Shown here one piece after another: positions 41,215-54,141 of a stretch of 64,000 nt of DNA. The notes under the pieces were generated by a model. The model was not told the DNA's origin. It worked only from the letters and a program-made list of their open reading frames with translations, and made no database searches. The translations under genes and the position numbers were made by a program. How positions within the stretch are numbered: the first letter of the stretch is position 1; each line of letters opens with the position of its first letter. The DNA is from Raillietiella orientalis (lineage: Eukaryota): the NCBI GenBank assembly GCA_036172245.1, contig JAYWIR010000026.1:744001-808000 (forward strand), written 5' to 3'.

Positions 41215-42150
41215 GCGAGAAAAATAAAATAAAATAAAGGGAGGCCGGGGGAAAGGGTTGCCGGTGTTCGCCGTTCCTAGCTCTCCTCAAACCAGCCCTG
41301 GATGCGGCGAACCCCTCCTTTACTTCTCTCTCCAGGTGAGGTCACCTGTTCTCATGCAGGCGGCTGCCATCCTGGTGACCTGCCTTCGCTGCGTGGTCGT
41401 CTCCAGCACATGGAGGGCTACGATGACGCGGATGCAACCCCGTGGTTGCGACCATTTCGCCTGTCGAGAGTCCTCCAGGCGCTAAGAGCCGTCGCAGCAC
41501 ATCTCGAGCGATGTCTGGTGCAGGAGTGGCTGCTGCCAGCCTCCTCCACCTTAGTTCCTGAAGTGCACCGCAGCCAAGAAAATGTAGAGATCGACTGGCG
41601 AGATCGACTCGGCTAGCGCAGTTCGGAGGTGGCAACCCCTGCGGAAACGCAGTGTCGCCGCTCGTTGCTCTGGAATCTCCAGATCAGGAAGAGCAGCACG
41701 TCCTGATTCCACGAAAGTGTGAGCACGGAAGTGTTCACGCAAAGATGAGGGAGCACAAGTTCGTCAGAGGCAACACTAGATAGTTCTCTCCACCGAGGGA
41801 GTCCTGTCGCTATAGCACGCGGGATGTCAGCATTCGCCGATTCACGCTCCTGCGGATGGAGGTCGGCCAACAAGGCTGTGTCTGGGTCCGTTTCAGCCTG
41901 AAAACGAATCTGGTTCTGCAGAATCAAAGTGCTTATCCGTGGAGTCTCCTGTCCCTTCAAAAACAAGGAAGAATTATCCAGCCTCACGAGATCGGAAAGG
42001 GAAAAGAAGTGTCAGGAGTTCGCCTTGCTGCTCACGAGGAAAGGCCTTCAGGCCCAAGTACGTGGAGCCCGCGGAACGGTAGTTATCCGTGAGTTGGGCA
42101 TCCCGAAGCGGTTTGTGTGTGAGGATGAGGCGCCCGTTGGAAGCCTGATT
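41215..42150 (-). mobile_element. Degenerate 3' part of L1/Tx1-like LINE (subfamily of the 52.3 kb copy)
   Basis: GLPRWRELSSVASDELVLPHLCVNTSVLTLSWNQDVLLFLIW aligns to EELVVPPSCLNTSVFPFSWKQDVIMLVHW. T-rich 3' UTR. Confidence 0.7.
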
Positions 42151-42370
42151 CATCCAACATAGGAGGGACAGTCCACTGGACACACCGTCTAAGGCATCCT
42201 TCGGATGACTCCATGAATCTACAACAAGGTGCAACGGAAGAACAGAAAGTGTCTCTTTTAGCCCATGAAGATCGAACACAGTTTTAGTTCAAGGAAAAGA
42301 TATGCGCAAGCTTCGAAGCTTGCAGGTAAGTTTCATTTTTTTTCATGAAAGAGTTGAATGTTTTTGCATA

Positions 42371-42500
42371 CAGTGGTACCTCGGTACTTGTCGGTACTTC
42401 ACTCCGGAACTCGTGACGAGTGTCGAAACCACGAGTACCAAACAATCTCCTTTCCAGGCTTCGTAATATCATTTTCAAACATTCTGGGACCCATGGGGTT
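42371..42500. mobile_element. Partial second copy of the pogo/Tigger-like MITE
   Basis: TA|cagtggtacctcggtact... is an inverted match to 23930-24055. Confidence 0.75.
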
Positions 42501-42899
42501 GTGAAGCCGTGACGATCAGATTCCCTTTGATAGCTAACGTCGCAAGCATGCAAAGGAGCATGGAGTCTGCACCGTGGGAGATAAACCTTAAAAGGCGCTC
42601 CTTGCAGTGTTGAGCATCTTTTCATTCCACCGAGGACATCAGCATACGCTTCCCTGAGACTTCACAAGAAGAATGACGGTTGATGCAGATCGAAGACTCT
42701 GTGCTGCCCTCCGAAAAAAGCGAAAATATCCACAGGGATGCATTCACCAAACAGTCGCAAAACGGATTCCAAGAGGAAATTTGAGTAGCTTAAGATAGAT
42801 CTGAAAGAAGACGAGCAGCAGTCGCTAGATCAGTTTCTTGGAGAAAATGGAAAGGTGTGCAGACACCATTCGCTCACCAGAACTGCTGTCCTGATGAAA

Positions 42900-43900
42900 T
42901 GCCCCGATAACGCCTGGGCGCTTATTATAACAATCATAAGCATACATGTGTAGGGCCATTGGCCCTACATTGTCCGAAACTGTTCCAAACCTGTTGAGTA
43001 GCCGGAACGCAGGATGCCGACGTTCGCCTTGGCAGCGAAGGGAGAAGAGAAAATAAAAATAAAATAAAAATCAATAACGAAAAAAAAAACCTGGGAGGCA
43101 CGGGAAGGGATCGTTTTTCGCTGGAGGGCGTCTTCCACATCCTCTCCAGGATGCCGGTAAGTTCCATCCGAGTATGCACCAGGTGGGTTAATCTAACTAC
43201 CGTCCTCAGGAAGTGCAGGGCGCAGCAGAGGGAGTCCCTATCGCGCCGCTCTTCTCTCGCGTAGCCCCGTGCCGCCACAATCCCACGTAGGCAACAAAAA
43301 GCTGCTGGGGATGTGGCAGGCAAAAGGGTGTTACTCACAAAGAGGCACTTGAACACGTCCCTGGGATCGCCCGTCGGTGCACCAAGGATCGCTGCGAGAC
43401 GAAACCACAGGGGCGGAGGGCAGGAAGAAGAAGAAGGTGCGGGAGGGATTTTCGTTCCCCACACCTGCAGCAGCTGGGGTACACAGCCAAGTGGGAACCA
43501 GTGGGAACGGCGGGCGTTGCACGGGAGTCCCCAGTGCAACAGCAATAGTGCCGGTTCCTGCCACTTCAAGGTGCAGTTGTTCTTCAGCGCTGGGGGTCCC
43601 TCGAGGTCTTTCTGTGAAATTCCAAGCAGCTCACCCCAGCGCAACAGTTGTTTCGGTGGGGCACTTGGGGTAGCAGCGTTTGTGAGCTGGACCATGGTCC
43701 TGCTCCGGTAAGAACAGGAGGCTTTGCTATTTCTGCAATGGAGATTCCAGTGCAACCAGCGCAGACACCTGGTTTTTGGGAGAACTGCCTCCCCGAACTG
43801 TTTAAGGTGAGGGGCGATGGATTCGCCCCTCACCTTAAACTTTTGTTGGACTGCATTGCCCCGTAGAACTTGTGAAAGAGACTTTCTTCGGTGTTCCGAC
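42900..43900 (-). mobile_element. Degenerate 5'-truncated L1/Tx1-like LINE
   Basis: QLTNAATPSAPP..LLRWGELLGI..KWQEPALLLLHWGLPCNARR; 3' UTR ends AATAAGCGCCCAGGCGTTATCGGGG. Confidence 0.85.
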
Positions 43901-46900
43901 AACCTCAGAACACCGCTTTAGACTTGTTGCGACGCTTCTTCACTTCCTGAAAGGAACAGAACACTTCTTAACACTCTGGGGAGCCAGAAGATGTCTTCAG
44001 TGATATTACCACCATATACAGCTGCTTTTAGGAAGAAAGATAAAACCCATCTTTTTCATTTTTTTATTGTTACTTCCCCTTGTTCACTGTTTCTTCAGTG
44101 CTGGTGGTCATCCCCAGTGAACTTTTGCTTTTTTTGGCATCTCTTGTATTTAGGGGACGTCTTTTCCTCTGACTTGGGGAGTTTGCTTTTTAAATATTCG
44201 TCCCGCCATGACCGCGTAAAAGTCATCTACATTCTCTTCGGTCGTTATTTTCCTTATTGTTCTTATTCTTTCGTTTTTCTATTTGTTCTGTTGCCTTTTA
44301 TATGGTGAAGTTGTCGAGATGTCAGTCAATTCTCCGCTTTCTTCAGACGTAAGTTGTAGGAAGGAGATAGATACCCTGTAGCTTCTTGGCCGCTGATCAA
44401 CATCATCTTTGGCATCTTGATGCTTACTCGTTTCAAAGCGTCGCTGCAGCCTTGATCAGGAAACTCTTGCAATTTGATCAACTCCACGGATATGACTTCT
44501 GTCTCGGTTGGTTTTGTTCCCGCGTTTGAGTACGTATAACGCGCATGAACGTTCTTCCAACATGAACTGCAAGCTGGTATTACACACTTCATGCAGATTC
44601 TATCCAGGGATCGGTCGTATCGTTCCAGGTTTGCTCCGCGGTTCGTTTCATTGGTTGACTGCTGTAGTTTCTTGTCCTGAGGCAGTCAGTGGTGGGGCAA
44701 GGGCTACCCGAGACCCCTGCATCGAGTCCTTCAGGAGATCTTCCAGCGGCTTACATAGGAGTTTCCGTAGAGGAAGAAGTTCCTCCATGAGCACTACGGA
44801 GTGACCACTTAGGACTCCAGTGCCTTCTGCTGCCAGGAGTCTCAGTTTTGGGGACTGTAGGAGATATACGGGTGAGATTCCAGCAGGGAGGACAGATGCC
44901 TCAGGGGATAGCCAAATCCAGTCACCCTATTCCAACAGCAGGGTCGCCGCGAAAGGAGTCCTCCGCTTCCAGTGCATCGTCGTGGGACCTGGCACACCAC
45001 ATCAAGTCCAAAAGTCCACAATTTTCCATTCGGAATGCACCTGCAGCCCGATCTTGTGGATAGTCGGGAGACCAAGCCGGCATACTGATACGGCGTTAGC
45101 AAGCATTTCAGTTGGATCCGGGAGAGAGGAAGTGGGTGATTGGAACTGACGTCCCGGGTGAAAAGATCCTGCCTAAACAACGCGAGGATCTTCCAAAAGG
45201 AGGCGAACTCGAAGACACCGGCTCACCGGATTTTATCGCGAAATGTAATAATATTATCAAGGAGGAGGAACACAAGCTTCGAAAGCAGGTAAACATTATT
45301 CGACGTCGTCGCTACGAAGGTAAGAAGCATCGGAATGCAAGAGTTCCCTCTAGTGTCTCGAGAAAAGGTCGACTTTTGGGATTCGGATGGTTTCCTCTAA
45401 TGAGACGATCAGAAGGGAGAGAGCATCACGAACAGTGGAGAGCGACGCGAGTCGGACATCGATATTGAATAGACATTGAAGGAAATTGTGTGCTGAGATG
45501 GACGAAGAAGGAAATGCTCAGGAAAAGAACAAAGAATCCATTCAGTGCTGAAGAACTCTGGAACGTGCAGCAGAATGGCAATAAAGTAGAGGGGTTAAAT
45601 GTAAGTTCCTTTTAGGCCTTTGTCCGATAGAAAAAAATTTCATCCCAAGGAAAGAATACTCTGAGTTTTTTCGGCTGACGAATAGAAAGCAGTGGGGAGT
45701 CGCTTTGCAAGTTATCTATCGGATGATCGATCGACAGGGTACGAAACCGCCTTGAATGTTCTCCGTCAGTCCAGCCCGTTGAGATGAAACATCCACCTTG
45801 AAGATGATCGCGAAAGCGTTCCATCTCTTGAGTCAAGCCGACAGCTCCACTCCGAAGGCATTCGTCGCTTGCACGTCGAGAGGATGTGGACCACTGTCCC
45901 GGCGAACGGTACGATGGCTCATCGTACATTCGAAATCGGGACGACTGGAGTGTCCTCGGTCCGACCTGCGGAGGGATGCATTTGTTTGACTACTTTGTGA
46001 AAAGTAATTACAACCACACATCTGCAGACAATTCCTCAAGTGTTCCTAGACACAAAGACCTCCGGTCATGAAATGTCAAATTCTCCGTTCACTTTCAAAG
46101 ATCTTTCTCTGTTGGTGAGAGGAGGTGTAACCAGGATGAGGTGAACAGTCCATTCGCTTGGGCAACATAGGTCATCTTCTTCCAGGTGTAGTGGTTAGTC
46201 CTGCTGCAGTTTTTTATTCCCCCCCTAATAACTCCTTGGATGATCTTTATATCAGACGCTATCGCTCCAGTGTTCTTCGTCTTTGTTTTTCTTATCACAA
46301 TGCTCATGATAAAGAGGGGTATGCTGATGCGGACCATAAAATTGCATCGGAAAACATTCCCGACCCTTTCAAACATTCCCTCCAAGACCTCTATCTTCGT
46401 CTTCGTCAGCAGGTGGGTCGCTGACTTCAGCGTTGTCCATCCTGGAGCAACCTCAGGCTGGTGAGAACGTGAAGCTGGGTTTCCCAATCTCCACAGGCCT
46501 TGAAGAGCTCGTCTGTTTAATGTTTCGGTCAAAAGCAGCTCAGATAATTTCTGTGGTGGTGGTGGTATAACACACCACAGAACACGGGATGACCGTGGCA
46601 TCCTCGGTGTCCAGGAGTAGGCCGCTCCTCCATATAGTTCTGCGAACCGCTTGCAGGATTACGTAGCGGGTCCCATTGCGGTTGGCGGACTTGTCCAGTT
46701 ATTCTTCCTCCTCGACGCGGAACACACCGAAGCTCTTTGCGCGGACGCCGGACGTGCTTTCGATTCACCCCGTAACCCGCGGATGCTCCCAACTCGCCGT
46801 GATCGATTTGGGGGGAAATAACGGTACTCGAAGGCGATTAAAGAACGGCGGCACCGACTCCAGACGTTGCCGAGCAGTGCCTGCTGCATAGAGGAGACAG

Positions 46901-49629
46901 GAACGGAGCGGGGTCGGCCCATCGCGATTCCTGTTGGAGTGTTGGTGAAAGATGCAGCTGAGAGATGACGATGCTTCGAGAGCGTTCGATTCCTCTCGAA
47001 CGCGATTTCGCCGCTGCCCACTCCGAATTCGCTGCCCCGAAGACACGCAGCGTCCCGCAGGAGTGGGCCGGACGAACAACGTGAGGGTTGCCGTGGCTCC
47101 TCCGCACGGCCGGAGAATTCCTCCGCGGCGGTGACCAGGGAAGCCACACGTTCCTTTGCCACGCGCACGGACGACAACCGTTGGAGCCGCTTCGTGCCAC
47201 CGAAGGGAAAAATCGACGGACTGGCAACCACCGGACACGGGGCGCTCGCTTCGCCTTCGGGCACGAAGCTCCAAGTCAGTCACTCACCATCGCTGCCGTT
47301 TCCCAACCCACAAGGTCGGAAGGGCCGTGGGTTTCTCATCTCATCTTTTTGTGTGCCATCCCATTTCGTGCGCTTCCATAGGGGCAAATCGGACCTGACC
47401 ATGCAGGACAGGGCGGACGGCATCATCGCATTTCACGGAGGGGAGTTGCAAAGACCACCACCACCACCACCACCAGCGTGTGGCGCGAGATGCTGAAGAA
47501 TCCTGAAGACGATTTCTGCGTAGGAAGAGAAGAACCTTTGGCTGCGCACATTCCAAGTCCCATTTTTTCCTCACCCTCATCGGAGTTCGTCGCGCACTCG
47601 GCATGCTTTTCCGGTACGTTGTTTCTTACCGGGGAGAACGGATACAGAGGACGACCGTGGTTTCGGGGAAACCACATCAAATGGTGACCTTGCCCACCCG
47701 ACTTTGTATTGCACTCCTGAGTGCAGCACTTCGGTCCGCTGACCGATGTCGCTGCAGAGTCCTCAGCTGAAATGTTGCGCGCAGTTCTGTTGCTGTGGCA
47801 ACTTGGTGATCTCCAAGTGGGCGGAAAAACCTCATACCTGGAGAGAATCTTCATGAAAGTGGGAATCACCTAACTTGGAATGTATAGCAAACTGCATGCA
47901 TCATTTCCCACGACTCGCATTTCCACAAAGTCATGGTCATCCGGAGATGGTATTCTGAGCCTTGTAATGCCCATCCTCCTTTTAAGAGTACTCTTCTAGA
48001 AGCTCGCTCCTTGTTCTCTTTGATTGACCACGTGATCGAACGAATATAGAATGAAACCACAAATAGGAAAGAAACACTGAACTGAACAACGATGGCATAG
48101 CGAAGACCACTGCGAATTCGGAACGGACGCTCTCAATCAGAGCCTTTTGCACAGAAAAAGTATCTTTTCATTATGAATTCGATGATTTCATAATCCTCGA
48201 GCAGGAAGTTCGCAGAATCCGCAAAGGAAAGGAAAATGTGGAGTGCAGGGGGTACCAATCACTCATGGGATTTTCATGGAGACGTAGGCACGTATGGGAC
48301 ATTCCGGTCAGAGCAGCATAAACAAAAGAAGGTGTTGTTTGGTGTCGTTGAATCTTCTGGCTGTTCCCTCTCCATAAGATGGTGAGAGCCTCCACCGCCC
48401 GGCTGGAGAAACTTTAGTTTATCCGTTTTTATGTGTTGACCCTTCCATGAAGTGTCTTCTCTTATGAAGACAATCGCTCGTTCGAATTCCATAGCAGTTT
48501 TGAAAGGAAGGTATCCAATTTTAATATTTGCGGATTTTCTCCAGCAGCTGAATTCTGAAACGTACGTAAACTTGGAATTGGCGAACAAATGGCAGTGCGC
48601 TGGCCACTGCCGATTGAGGGGCAGAGAAGAAGATAGTCCACGGATCCACCGATACGAGGGAGAGGGAGGGTTCCACGGGTGGGAGGTCCCATTCGTTGCT
48701 TTCCACGAAAGGAATCATTGGCTGCTGCTCCTCTTCCGTAGAAAAATCGATGAAGGAAAGGCAGAGCTTCCCTAATTCCAACGTGTTCCGTTAAGATCTG
48801 CAGTCTGGTAAGCAGTCTAAAGATACGGACACGAATTTATGAGGAACAGAAGGAGATGCGAACCCAAAAACCAGTGTTTAGGGCCATCCAGCATTTTTGC
48901 TAAAGCGGGAAGAGGGAGTAACCTGAGATTGGCATTTTTGTTTCCCACCCGAGCTCGAGCGCGAGTCGCATCGATAGTCATCCAACCTTTCCGTGACAGC
49001 GTATTTCTTTTCATGCCGCCTTCACTCGATCCGGGAATGCTGACTTGACCGTGGGTTCGGCCCCACGTTGCGGAACTCCGCTTCTGGCAGGCGTTCCCCT
49101 TCCTGTGACCGGTTGACCGCGGATGTCGCAGCGGGCCCAGAGCACGTCAACCCCCACTCCTCATGACCGTGAACCGGGCCGCACTTCCCGCAGGCGCGAG
49201 TACCACAGGGAAGACGTTGCTGCAGTTCCCCTGGAAACGGAGTGCCGGTCGCATCCACAAGGTCTCTTTTGGCACGCGACGAAGACACGCAGCTTCCATT
49301 CCAAACACCACGGAACAAACACCTCCGGAACGTGGGCTGCTGGTGTCACTCAACGATGTGGAGATTTCACCCAATCTTCGCCGTGTGTGCAGCCTCAGGC
49401 GGTGACCCCGTGGGGTCGCAGCCACCACAACTACTGAAACGACGAGTTCTTCGTGGCATACAATGTCGAAAACCTCATTTTTCATTCCAGTGGAACTTAT
49501 AAGCCCAGACGGAACTGCTTGAAACCCGCAAAATCGACAGAATGGTATTCCCTATCAAAGTGGAATTCATCTTCATCAATTTTCGTTCCGTCAACGAAAT
49601 TTTTGTTGCCAAATATATGCGCCGCCCTG

Positions 49630-50330
49630 CGGGACGCATTCGAACCAAATTCCGAGCTGCCAAAATCCCCCGAAAGGTCGTGAAGGTATATACATATACT
49701 GATCGCCTATACCGATATGGAAATTTATATACAGATTAATGTATCGATTAATACATATATAAGGATTAGAGAAAGAAACATACACAGCTTTCATGCATAT
49801 TGATATATATGTGTATTTCTGTACATATGTAGATTTAAATTAGCACACAAATTTATTTTAACAGACATGTTTATCAATATAATCAAAACTATGTATTTAT
49901 ATGAAAACAAACACACATATTTGTTTATTAAAAATCAAAATACATTTATACATATAAATGAAAGTATAAATGAAATCCCTTTTGAAACTTATGGAACCAT
50001 GAAAATCCTGAAAATATAAAACTCATTATATCCTGAGAATGCTTCATTTATTAAGCGTTGGAAATGATGGAAAAATGAAATAGAAAATTTCTCTTTTTGA
50101 TTTTCCGATTCGTCTGCTATTCCCTTTCTTTTCAGTATTTTTCAATGTAGCCATTTATTCAAAATTCGATGCTTATGCACTCACTTAATACCATGTCATT
50201 ATACACATAAACATACATCAATATTGATAACAAACATCCATGTTTCCTTTTTGTAATCCTTATCATATACATCAATCTAAACAATGATTTATCATTAACA
50301 TATATAAAATAAATATACGTAATAAACATG
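49630..50330. repeat. AT-rich dispersed repeat (MULE/foldback-like family)
   Basis: Starts caaaatcccccgaaaggtcgtgaaggtatatacatat, similar to the 21.1 kb left end. AT-rich modules follow. Confidence 0.45.
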
Positions 50331-52309
50331 CGTAATACGCCGCTCGGGGCAACATCTCACCCACCGAAAATAGGCTCAAAGAACTCGCAGGTTTCACTGT
50401 GCTCTTTCCACAGTATGCACTCATAAGAGGGCAACCTCGCAAATGAAGCGCTGCGATCACGCATATGTAGTGCCTTTTGCACACATGCATCATATACATC
50501 TTACACATACATCTTACACTAGCCGTGCACACAGAACATATTGTGCACATGTGTACTGCAGAACCCATGAGTATACCATACAGAATGGGCGCCCCGGTTA
50601 TCCAGCACTCTTTATTTCTGTTGCCCATGGGGAGCAAGGGAGACATCCAAGAGGCAGTAGGAGAAAAACGTGACGACAAACTCGGAAACGTCGACCTCAC
50701 TTTCTGCAAACGATCCCTCTTTGGCCATCAAACACGAATCGTGCACTGCAAATCACACGACGATCCCCATGCTTTATCCCCATCGGGACCAGAAGCTCTT
50801 AACAACTAGTGTTCTAGCAAAGGCGAAAATCAACAGGCATATGCATAGGGATTAACTTGAAATACCTACTTCTTTAGCAAGTCCCTATATTTAGCATCAA
50901 CAGCAACCTCTTGTCTTCGCACAGACCCACGTATGAAGCTCTTGCATGTTCTTCCTATGAGAATTGGGAAACAGGAAAATAAGACGAACAGCATTCCTTG
51001 AATTGCAGTTGCAAGGAGGGAAAGTTGGTGAGACGCATCCGACCCTTCGTTGGCAGGGAATTATGCACTTCCGCAGTCAAATATTATCGAAATCTACGGA
51101 TTCGAACAACGGGCCGTACTACGACGACCAGGACTCTGCACGGTCCTCCACGAAGACGCATACAATTCGAAACAATTTGCCAGGAAAGGCAATGGGCGGA
51201 TAAATTCTCGACGAGGACGGTCCGATTCTGAGCGAGCGAACCTCCTTCGTCACCATGGTCACCATCAGTTGCAGAAAACGCCCACCACGTGATCAGTCGA
51301 AACATCCACACGCAAAACGGCATGAAGACCGTTTCGGAACTCCAGGAACGAACCCAACTCTGACCCGCTGCCTCCAGCCTCCGTGAAACCAGGATGTGAA
51401 GGAGCGAGTTCTCACTCTTGGGAACGGGAACGTCAGGTTCCCTATTCTTGTACCCATGTTGAAACTCGGAATCCTCAGCCACACTTCAACCATCGGTCAT
51501 CCCATCCATCTTTGCAGTTACCGGCGAGAATGCGGAGATTTCTCAAACATTGGTTTTGGACCACGAGCGCTCGTTTTCGCTCCTTGGTGAACTGCTCATG
51601 CCAGACCGACTCCAGGAGTCCATTCACAAATTGAAAGCACTCAATTTCTGAAAGCTTCCCCTCGCAATTTGCATTTTCCAACAGACAAGAAAGACGCAGC
51701 AAATTCTCGTTTTTTTAAAATAAAAACCAACATTTTAGTTGCCTCCGAAAATCAGCTTTTCATCTCATCCATGGGACTCCAGGGTTCCCGCCTTTCCAGT
51801 CCGTCAACCCATCGAAACACGCATTGCAACCGCCCTTTCCAAGTCAGCACCGAGTGCACTCGCTCGTACGATCGTTCCTCTTCAGTTCTCTGAAGAGGAA
51901 CGATCTCGTGGAAACGAAACACATCTATGCAGCTAGGGAAGAAGATTTAGAGAGCGAGCACTGTCTGTCGACTCCCATGAAGCCAAATCTTTGCCGAGTG
52001 TCGGGCTAGTCCACGGTCCGCAAATCAAGCTGCAAGACCACAAAGACGAATGATCCACCGTGTGCGGTAGGAGACTTTGTTCCCCGAATGGTACGCGCGT
52101 GCCTCACAGTTTGCGCGTGAGCACTGCATCTCTGCAGATGAGCTCCGCGAACTGCACGCCGCTCCGTACGGAGAAGCACAAAATCTCCTCGTCTGCTATG
52201 CCCATCTTACGGATGGCATTACGGCATTTCCGCGTGGCTAGCTGTGAATGCAAATTCCCAACCTTATGAAGGAGGGCAGGGTTGTATCCCTACTTCATGT
52301 AGGCCTGTA

Positions 52310-54141
52310 CTTCTGCGGCCATGTCCGGACGACCCGTCGCAGCCTATGCTGATGAGCTGCTTCTCCTTTTACCCATGATCACCCCGTCGTCCAGTCTGGA
52401 GGATTTCTTCGAACTGATTCTCCGGGGAGCGGGCATGAGCGTTAACCGGGGCAGGAGCATGGTGGTTCCTGTTGGTGCGTCGTGTAAGGGGCAGTCGGAA
52501 TGGATCCGCCTGGGGATCCCAACCGCTCCAACCATCCATTATCTGGGCGTTCCTCTGGGGAACATCAGCCCAGTGGAAGTGTGGTCGGACTGCCTTCGGA
52601 AGGCAATGAATGCTCTGAGCCCGTTCCAGCATGGCAGGTTCCTCCTGTCATGGCGGGCCGCGATATGGAACACCTTCGTTGCCCCCCTCTCGCGCCCCCT
52701 GCTTTTTGTTTGTCCGACCTCCTACTCGGCCAATCTCAAGGCGCACAGCCTGTTGAGGAACGCTCTGTGGGGACCTGCGAGGTCCAGGATCCGCCTGAAA
52801 GACTTGGCGGCTCCGCGTCGGGATGCTGGCTTAGGCATCCTGACGCTGGAGAGAATCGAGCTGCAGGTGCAGCTTCGAATGTTGGCCCTGTGCGCCAACC
52901 TTTGGTCCACTCCGTGGTGCGCTCCCGCGCGCCTGCTTCTGCGGCGCTGCACAGGCAGCGATGGACTTCTGTCGCTGCGGCGGGACAAGGAGCGCGCCAC
53001 GAGAAGCTTCGGTTTCCCCTTAAAACCGCTCTACCGACTCCTGGAAGCCCAGGAATGGATCTCCTGCCGCCCAACGAGCTTTAAATCCTGGCGGCAGGAA
53101 CCCTTGCATGGCTGGGCAAAGCACCAGGATGTTTCCCTCCTGGAACTCCGTTGCGCTCACCTCTCCCCGTACTGCACAGTGGATCAGGTGTGCAACAGCC
53201 AGGAGAAGTGGACACACCTGGCCGTCACGCCACTCGGCGACGTGCTGTCAGCCCACAGGGCAAGTGATGACAGCTGCCTACCGCCGAGGTGGGAGGTCGC
53301 CTGTATCATCGCAGGAGCAACACGACCCGTAGGCGGCTAGAGGACTTGCGAGCTGGCAGACGCCCCCACGCCTCGCCACATCCCCAAGGGACTCCGTCGG
53401 TGGAGTGAACACTTGAGTGTGCCCCCCGAAGAACTTGTGGTCCCTCCCTCCTGTTTGAACACTTCCGTGTTCCCCTTTTCTTGGAAGCAGGACGTCATCA
53501 TGCTGGTGCATTGGGGTTTTCACTCCAGCCAGCGGACGAACCGCGTTTCCGGGGGAGTCGTCTCCCCAAACTGTAAGCGGTGCGGGGAAGTGGAAACGCT
53601 CCCGCCTCTGCTCTTCGTCTGCGGTGTCCTCGAAGGACTGTGGCGGAGGCTGGCTCCAGCTCTCCTGCACCAGGGGGACACCGCGAGAGACTTGATGCAC
53701 CGCTTCTCCACGCCAGGCGGCCTGTCCTTAGGTGCTGTCCTCGCAACGGTCTGTTGCACCCGCGCCATCGACAACGCCCACCGAGAGCTGGAGAAGTTGG
53801 CCATTCTTCGTCAGCCAACCGGATTAGCCAGCGCAAGCATGTCGTCGGCTGCCGAGTGGGCCCACCTACCAGAGAGCGTGAGGAGAGAGATCGCCGGCAT
53901 CCATCGCCGGTATTGAAAGGAAGGAACGGTCTCACCAAAGACCCCTGTCCCCTGCCCACCAAATTTTTATTTTTATTTTTTATAGTAGTCTATTTGTGGT
54001 CCCCTCCCTCCCGTTCCGGACTTTCGCCATACCGACCTGCGTGTCGGGGATCCCACCCCCTTCGTATGTTGTTTTCCCCTTTGTCCAGGAACTCTGTTCC
54101 CGGATAGTTTTTAATAAACTCCCCGGCGCACCCGGGTGATA
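52310..54141 (+). mobile_element. LINE copy E: RT C-half, zinc finger and 3' UTR; its 3' end abuts copy D antisense
   Basis: AYADE, YLGVPLG, RRDAGLGI, CKRCGEVETLPPLLFVC. Internal TAG at 53338. Ends AATAAACTCCCCGGCGCACCCGGGTGATA. Confidence 0.92.

Noticed and set aside
44300..49400. Scattered ORFs possibly from DNA transposons
   Set aside because: No diagnostic motif or terminal repeats recognised.
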